From Candidatus Pacearchaeota archaeon (GTDB taxonomy: Archaea > Nanobdellota > Nanobdellia > Pacearchaeales > GW2011-AR1), in the NCBI GenBank assembly GCA_002731115.1, contig PBZO01000004.1:1-47857 (forward strand): 47,857 bases of DNA. The letters are read 5' to 3'. The notes beneath the pieces are model-generated. The model was given only the letters and a program-made list of their open reading frames with translations, searched no databases and had not been told where the DNA came from. Below, piece after piece: positions 42,509 to 47,857 of the stretch. The translations under genes and the position numbers were made by a program. Every line of letters starts with the position of its first letter. Positions within the stretch are counted from its first letter, which is position 1.

Positions 42509-43786
42509 TTATTTCTTAACTCTATCTTTAGACTTCTTATTATCAATTAAATTTCTCCTAATAACATAATTAACTGGATTTTTTATTAACTTGCAAAAAT
42601 CGTTTGGAGAACAAATACCAATCCCCTGATAAAATTCTTTGCAATTTGGAGGCATTATAGTATTTTTTTTATAACTCCATAATACCTGAGATTTGATATA
42701 CCCTTGTTTTAGAGGATATTCATTTTTATTATTCCAATCATCTATTCTTTTTTCTAACTCATCTCTATCCATCCCAATAGAGCGAAATAAATTTATTAAG
42801 ACAAATAATGCTCTTTTCTTTCCATCACTAATTCCTTTTAATATATTTTGAATGCAAGGAGGAAAGTTTTTTTCTGATAAATTAATTAATTTAATTGGTT
42901 TGTAATTAAAATCTTTTTTTTCTTTTTTTTCGCTATCACCTTCCTTATACCAATCGAGTGCCTGCATTAAAAGTTCTGAAGCTTCTCCTTCTTTTGCATC
43001 TGGCATAAAATTCTTAATTTTTACTTTCATGGGGTCTGCATCTTTTAATTGAAAATCCTTTATTTCTTCAGGATTTATTACCACGCTTGCTAAAGCTGTT
43101 TTTTCATGAAGTGAATAAGGTGTTCTAAATAAATGTCTTGGAGAAACTAAAATAATATCCGGCATTACTTCTTTTGATGCTTGAAAATCTCTTATATATT
43201 TATTTGGTTTAGAAAGTTTAGTAATTTCTTCGATTAATTTCTTTTCTGTTTGTTTTATAATATATTTCACAATTATCCTTGGCCATTCTGGAAACATATT
43301 GGAAGTTTTTATTTCATTAATTTCCTTGGGAAAAGCAATCCATGGAATAATAATATGCAGGCCCTTTGATCCTGAAAATTTTACTCCAATGTTTTTAACT
43401 CCATGAAATTTTAACATATTAATTATAACTTCTGCAGAAATCCTGCTGTAATCAAAATACTTACTATCAATGTCAATTACTAAATCCCAACCAGTTCTTA
43501 ATTCATTCATTTGTTTTTCATTTAACCCTGTAGATAAACTTAAGGGATCACTCCAAATCTCTTCTGAACAATGAAAGGATGTTGCTCCTTTTTTTACTAA
43601 TTCAAAAACATCATTCGGGTACTCTAGAGAATCTGGTCTTTTTCCAAAACCTTCAAAATATCTTGGGGTAACCTCGCGATATCTTGAAAATTCATAAATT
43701 GCTTTTTGAACTTCGGGTTTTGAATAATAAAATTCAGTTATTTTTCTAATTCTTTGTTCCTTAATACCTTTTTCTTGATTTCCCAT
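42509..43786 (-). CDS. priS: DNA primase catalytic subunit PriS with fused PriL-like Fe-S C-terminal domain
   Basis: AEP motifs WDLVIDIDS (DxD), FSGSKGLHIII, PRHLFRTPYSLHEKT. The C-terminal part has FPPCIQNIL plus three more Cys (PPNC, GIC, DFC) and NPVNY. Confidence 0.8.
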   Translation of the reverse strand: MGNQEKGIKEQRIRKITEFYYSKPEVQKAIYEFSRYREVTPRYFEGFGKRPDSLEYPNDVFELVKKGATSFHCSEEIWSDPLSLSTGLNEKQMNELRTGWDLVIDIDSKYFDYSRISAEVIINMLKFHGVKNIGVKFSGSKGLHIIIPWIAFPKEINEIKTSNMFPEWPRIIVKYIIKQTEKKLIEEITKLSKPNKYIRDFQASKEVMPDIILVSPRHLFRTPYSLHEKTALASVVINPEEIKDFQLKDADPMKVKIKNFMPDAKEGEASELLMQALDWYKEGDSEKKEKKDFNYKPIKLINLSEKNFPPCIQNILKGISDGKKRALFVLINLFRSIGMDRDELEKRIDDWNNKNEYPLKQGYIKSQVLWSYKKNTIMPPNCKEFYQGIGICSPNDFCKLIKNPVNYVIRRNLIDNKKSKDRVKK

Positions 43787-43865
43787 ATTAAAAATAACTA
43801 GGCAAGATTTAAATATTTACACTATTATCCAAGACAATAATACTTAAAAACAAATAGCTTTTTTT

Positions 43866-44609
43866 ATGAAGATGTTAATAAAACTGGAAAATCCAATGTT
43901 ATTATCTAAGGCAGTTGATATTATTTCTGAATTAGTTGCAGAAGTAAGAATTAAAGTAGATGAATCTGGAATGAGTATCAGTGCAATAGACTCTGCAAAT
44001 GTTGCAATGATTGGTTTTAAACTTCCAAAAAGTGCTTTTTCACAATTTGAAACAGAAAAGGAAACATTGGGTATTAATTTAGATGATTTAAAAAAGATTT
44101 TAAAAAGATGTAGTTTAGGAAGTTCTTTAATTTTAGAGAAAAAAGAAAATTTATTAAAAATTGATATTCAGGATAGAATAAAAAGAAATTTTACATTAAG
44201 TCTTATTGAAATAGAAGGAGAAGAAATAGATTTTAGTTCTAAAGTAGAAAATAAGGAATTTAGTTCTATTGTTGAAATAAATTCAGTTGATTTAATCTCA
44301 TCAATTGAAGATTGTATAGTTGTCTCTGATGCCTGCTCATTTATAATTAATGAGGGAAAATTTATAATTGAAGCCAAAGAATTAAATTCTGCAAGGTCTG
44401 AATTCTCTGGAGATGAAGCAAAGATAAATGCAGAAAATTGTAAATCAAGATATAGTCTAGAATATTTGCAAAAATTTATGAAAGCATCAAAACTAACTGA
44501 TAAAACAACCTTGCATTTTGCAAATGAACATCCCTTAAAAATGGATGTTAAAACAGGTCAAATGGAGATTAATTTTATTCTAGCTCCAAGAGTTGAAGAT
44601 GAAGACTAG
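43866..44609 (+). CDS. pcn: DNA polymerase sliding clamp PCNA
   Basis: 247 aa with a two-domain repeat layout. N-terminus LLSKAVDIISELVAEVRIKVDESGMSISAIDSANVAMIGFKL; C-terminal acidic tail. Confidence 0.8.
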   Translation: MKMLIKLENPMLLSKAVDIISELVAEVRIKVDESGMSISAIDSANVAMIGFKLPKSAFSQFETEKETLGINLDDLKKILKRCSLGSSLILEKKENLLKIDIQDRIKRNFTLSLIEIEGEEIDFSSKVENKEFSSIVEINSVDLISSIEDCIVVSDACSFIINEGKFIIEAKELNSARSEFSGDEAKINAENCKSRYSLEYLQKFMKASKLTDKTTLHFANEHPLKMDVKTGQMEINFILAPRVEDED

Positions 44610-44717
44610 AAAATTGAGATAGAAATAAATCTATAGATTCTTATTAATTTATCTTATAAATTAATTCTAATCTATTTTTAAAAAAAAGTTTATAAGTTAA
44701 TATATATTAATCCTTGT

Positions 44718-45491
44718 ATGAAAAGGGGGCAAATAAGTATTTTTATAATTGTTGGAATTATAATTATTAGTGCTATTGCCTTAACCCTGGTTTTTAGAAG
44801 TGAAGTAGTTCCAGAAATTGGGGGGAAACCAGAAACAAATCCTAATCGTTTCTTAGAATCTTGTATGGAAGATAAAGTTAAGGAAGGTATTGAAAAGATT
44901 TCAATACAAGGCGGATATATAACTCACTCCCTAAATAAACCCTTTAAATTTGAAGATGAGAAAGAAACAATAGATATTTCATATTTATGTTATACTCAAA
45001 GTTATTATGTTCCCTGCATAAATCAAGAGCCAGTATTAATTAAACATTTAACAGATGAATTAGAAGAATATATTTCAGATGAGGTTAAGAATTGCCTTGA
45101 TGGTTTAAGTTTAAATCTAGATAAAGAGGGATATAATGTTGATGCAAAATATGATGGATTTGATGTTGCTTTAATGCCAAATAAAGTTTCAATTGAACTG
45201 GATAATAAGATGATTTTAACAAAAGCAGGTGAAACTTCAATTAAAGAAGATTTCAAGGTTTTAATTCCAACTAGGTTTTATGATTTGGCACTTGTTGTTC
45301 AGGAAATTATTAGCCAGGAAGCAGAATATTGCCATTTTGAAACTTTAGGTTATATGTTATTTTACCCTCAATTTGATATAGATAAATTTACAACAGGAGA
45401 ATCTACAATAATTTATACTATAGAACATAGAGATAGTAAAGAAAGGTTTAGATTTGCTGTTAGAAGCTGTGTAATGCCTCCTGGATTTTAA
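44718..45491 (+). CDS. protein with class III (type IV pilin-like) signal peptide, unknown function
   Basis: MKRGQ-ISIFIIVGIIIISAIALTLVF resembles the archaeal prepilin peptidase motif ([KR]G[QA] followed by a hydrophobic helix). Its stop lies 1 nt before the next ATG. Confidence 0.5.
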   Translation: MKRGQISIFIIVGIIIISAIALTLVFRSEVVPEIGGKPETNPNRFLESCMEDKVKEGIEKISIQGGYITHSLNKPFKFEDEKETIDISYLCYTQSYYVPCINQEPVLIKHLTDELEEYISDEVKNCLDGLSLNLDKEGYNVDAKYDGFDVALMPNKVSIELDNKMILTKAGETSIKEDFKVLIPTRFYDLALVVQEIISQEAEYCHFETLGYMLFYPQFDIDKFTTGESTIIYTIEHRDSKERFRFAVRSCVMPPGF

Positions 45492-45492
45492 G

Positions 45493-47857
45493 ATGAAAAC
45501 AAAAAAAATAAGTATTATATTAATTGCAGTATTTCAAATTCTTCTATTAATTAATATGATTAATGCTCATAGTTATATAATTGCTCAAAATAATGAGAAT
45601 AATATATCTCAAGAAAATGATTCTAATAAATCAAGTAATATAATTAACTTAATTATAAACATATTTTTTAAGGTTTTTTCAATAAAACAAATTGGAACTG
45701 TTTCTGCAAGTTCAAGTAGTGAAGCATGGAATTGCTGTCCTCTAACAAATGATGGGGCTATATGCCAGGATATTACCTCAACTGATACAACAAGTTGTGA
45801 TAATCCCTTGCCAACAAAATGTAATAAGGTTCTTAGATGTGAACCTGGATGTTGTGTTGATTCTAATGAAGGTTTATGTACAACAAACTCTCCTAAGGAA
45901 AAATGTGAAGGAGATGGGGGAGTCTGGAATAATGATAAAAATTGCAACCAACAAGAATGCAAAAATGGCTGTTGTGTTCTGGGAAGTAGTGTTAGATTCA
46001 CAACAGAAAAATCTTGTAAAAAACTTTCTGAATTTCAAGGTTCTGAAATTGATTTTAGAAATATTGATACAGAAATTGAATGTTTAGCACTTTCTAAAAC
46101 TCAAATAGAAGGTGCTTGTGTTTTACAAGGAAGATGTAGTTTGCAAACAGAATCAGGTTGTTCTTCAAAAAGTGGAAAATTTTACAAAGAACTTTTATGT
46201 TCTAATCCCTCATTAGACACTGATTGTGAAAAACAAGATTCAATAGGATGTATTGAACAAAGAGATGAAATTTATTGGTTTGATTCTTGCGGAAATAAAG
46301 AGAATATTTACTCTTCTAATAGAGATTTTAGCTGGAATAATGGAAAAATCTTAAAGAAAAGTGAAAGTTGTGGTGCTGATTCTGGTAATATTGATTCTGA
46401 AAACTGCGGAAATTGCAATTATTTTCTAGGAAGTAGATGTTCTAAATCTAGTGAAGCTGGAGATAAAAAAGTAGTAGACGGAGATTTTATTTGTGAAAAT
46501 AAAAATTGTATTGATGAAAATGGAAATGAGAGAGAAAACGGGGAGAGTTGGTGTGTTTATGATGGAAGTATAGGAAATAGAACAACTCCTTTTAATAATG
46601 GTATTTATGTTAATAATACTTATTTTAATGGTACTTATTCTAATAATACTTATTTTAATCTTACTTACTTTAATAATACTTACTCTAATTGTACTTATCT
46701 TGATAATACTTACTCTAATTGTACTTATTTAAATAAGACTCTTGTAAAGGGTAGTTTTGCAAGTGATACTGTTGGAAGTCGTCATTGGAAAAGAGAATGT
46801 ATTGATGGTGAAATCAAGGTTGATCCTTGTGCTGATTACAGAGGAGAAATTTGCACTCAAACAGTAATAGAAGATACTTCATCTATGAAAAACTTCTCAA
46901 TTGCATCTTGTGTAATAAATGAAGCAATGATGTGTTTTAATTATAATAATGATAAAGAAACAATGGAAGAAGACTGTAATGAAAATACACATTGTATGAT
47001 TAATAATGTTGATGTTAGTGAGGGTTTTAAATTTGATTTGTGTGTTCCTAGATATCCTAAAGGGTTTGATTTGAAAGATTCTTCTGCTGTTTCAGATAAT
47101 TTATGTTCTATGGCAAATCAGAAATGTACTGTTGTTTATGAAAAAGGAGGATTATTTGGAGGCGGTGGATGCAAACAAAATTGTGAGTGTGAAAGTAAAA
47201 AGTTTGCAGAAGAAATGAATGATTTATGTGTTAGTTTAGGTGATTGTGGAAGTTATGTAAATTACGAAGGAATTGGAACAGATAATATTAGAGTTAGTGG
47301 TGCTTCAGAAATTTCTTGGGAAGATTATGCAGATTATTCAAATGTTGTTGAAGGACAATTTGTAAAACCACAAGATATTGATACATTTTTGTCAGCTCTT
47401 GTTGGAGAAAATATAGAAGGAGAACCTGATGAAGAAAATGAGTTTCTTGGAATTAGTGAAGAAGAATTAAAACAATTTGAAATGATTAAGGGGGCAGCAG
47501 GAGCAGTATCTGCAGGAGTATCTTATTTAACAGGAACTAGTTTATTTTATGCTAAGGGTTATGGATTTTTCGTTGGGTCTTCATCCTCTATTGCAGGACA
47601 GGGAGTTACGAATGTAGGAGCAGCATTTGCAGGTGCTGCAATTGGTTCAGCTATTGGTGCAATTGCAGGACAATATCTTGCAGAATGGCTTGGATTAGAA
47701 GGAAATGATGCAATGGCAATGACCATAGGGGCAGGAGTTGTTGGAGGAACAATTGGATATGCAATGTTTGCAGCTAAAGGAAAGGTTATTAGCACCTTAT
47801 TCACTCCTGCGGGAGGAGCTACCATGTATTTTTTCTATGCAGGACTTGCTATAATGG
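45493..47857 (+). CDS. large secreted cysteine-rich protein with pentapeptide sequon array and C-terminal glycine-zipper membrane region (partial, runs off the window)
   Basis: Translated by hand: frame 1 is open from the ATG at 45493 to the window end, which is why it is absent from the ORF track. Signal peptide MKTKKISIILIAVFQILLLINMINA. Repeated xCCx5Gx2C modules (NCCPLTNDGAIC, PGCCVDSNEGLC, NGCCVLGSS). The end is Gly/Ala-rich and hydrophobic. Confidence 0.75.
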   Translation, partial: MKTKKISIILIAVFQILLLINMINAHSYIIAQNNENNISQENDSNKSSNIINLIINIFFKVFSIKQIGTVSASSSSEAWNCCPLTNDGAICQDITSTDTTSCDNPLPTKCNKVLRCEPGCCVDSNEGLCTTNSPKEKCEGDGGVWNNDKNCNQQECKNGCCVLGSSVRFTTEKSCKKLSEFQGSEIDFRNIDTEIECLALSKTQIEGACVLQGRCSLQTESGCSSKSGKFYKELLCSNPSLDTDCEKQDSIGCIEQRDEIYWFDSCGNKENIYSSNRDFSWNNGKILKKSESCGADSGNIDSENCGNCNYFLGSRCSKSSEAGDKKVVDGDFICENKNCIDENGNERENGESWCVYDGSIGNRTTPFNNGIYVNNTYFNGTYSNNTYFNLTYFNNTYSNCTYLDNTYSNCTYLNKTLVKGSFASDTVGSRHWKRECIDGEIKVDPCADYRGEICTQTVIEDTSSMKNFSIASCVINEAMMCFNYNNDKETMEEDCNENTHCMINNVDVSEGFKFDLCVPRYPKGFDLKDSSAVSDNLCSMANQKCTVVYEKGGLFGGGGCKQNCECESKKFAEEMNDLCVSLGDCGSYVNYEGIGTDNIRVSGASEISWEDYADYSNVVEGQFVKPQDIDTFLSALVGENIEGEPDEENEFLGISEEELKQFEMIKGAAGAVSAGVSYLTGTSLFYAKGYGFFVGSSSSIAGQGVTNVGAAFAGAAIGSAIGAIAGQYLAEWLGLEGNDAMAMTIGAGVVGGTIGYAMFAAKGKVISTLFTPAGGATMYFFYAGLAIM
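46594..46740 (+). repeat. in-frame 15-nt tandem repeat (about 10 units) encoding x-N-x-T-Y pentapeptides
   Basis: Units: aataatggtatttat, gttaataatacttat, tttaatggtacttat, tctaataatacttat, tttaatcttacttac, tttaataatacttac, tctaattgtacttat, cttgataatacttac, tctaattgtacttat, ttaaataagactctt. Confidence 0.85.

Noticed and set aside
45609-46087. Track ORFs 45609-46001 (minus) and 45749-46087 (plus, frame 2)
   Set aside because: Both lie entirely inside the long frame-1 ORF that starts at 45493 and runs off the window. That frame gives a coherent signal peptide and regular Cys modules; these two give low-complexity nonsense.
47559-47825. Minus-strand 88-aa ORF rich in Ala/Pro
   Set aside because: It is antisense to the Gly/Ala-rich (GCN/GGN codon) glycine-zipper region of the plus-strand gene. 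It is an expected shadow ORF.
1-47857. CRISPR arrays, IS transposases, toxin-antitoxin or recognisable defence systems
   Set aside because: I saw no regularly spaced direct repeats and no transposase, Cas, restriction or abortive-infection signatures in any translated frame. The only recombinase is the Xer-like gene at 711-1505.

Overview
The window is visibly AT-rich and tightly packed, with many ATGA or 1-nt gene junctions. It reads as an archaeal chromosome segment. By inference only, it is most likely a small-genome DPANN-type lineage (Woesearchaeota/Pacearchaeota-like).

Archaeal hallmarks read directly from the translations:
- Mre11-Rad50 and RNase J.
- The exosome superoperon (Pop5, PsmA, SBDS, Rrp4, Rrp41, Rrp42), running straight into rpoK-eno-rps2.
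- A 16S-tRNA(Ala)-23S operon with no 5S.
- RNase P RNA followed by tRNA-Phe.
- Ribosomal proteins eS19, eL39 and eL31, plus Cbf5 and TrmY.
- A short histone-fold protein, Hjc, PCNA, and a compact PriS primase with a PriL-like Fe-S tail.
- Metabolic and housekeeping genes: form III-like RuBisCO, CysRS, PurF, acylphosphatase, RNase HI and class II LysRS.

Accessory content is dominated by secreted or membrane-anchored proteins:
- An S8 subtilase with sequon-dense Ig-like repeats.
- A lamin-tail-domain protein.
- Two proteins sharing a juxtamembrane Cys module.
- An operon of a pilin-like protein plus a protein of more than 788 aa that is not in the ORF track because it runs off the 3' end. It is Cys-rich and carries a 15-nt tandem repeat and a glycine-zipper membrane region.

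Most notable observations:
1. An intact bacterial-type sigma-70 factor sits among archaea-specific genes.
2. The pilin-like plus giant Cys-rich/glycine-zipper operon is a candidate cell-cell interaction apparatus.
3. A 60-codon ORF with its own TATA box lies inside the rRNA spacer.
4. The 16S and 23S carry substitutions at near-universal decoding-centre and peptidyl-transferase-ring positions.
5. RuBisCO is translationally coupled to two ribosome-associated RNA-binding proteins.

I saw no CRISPR array and no IS transposase. All calls rest on motif recognition by eye; no searches were run.
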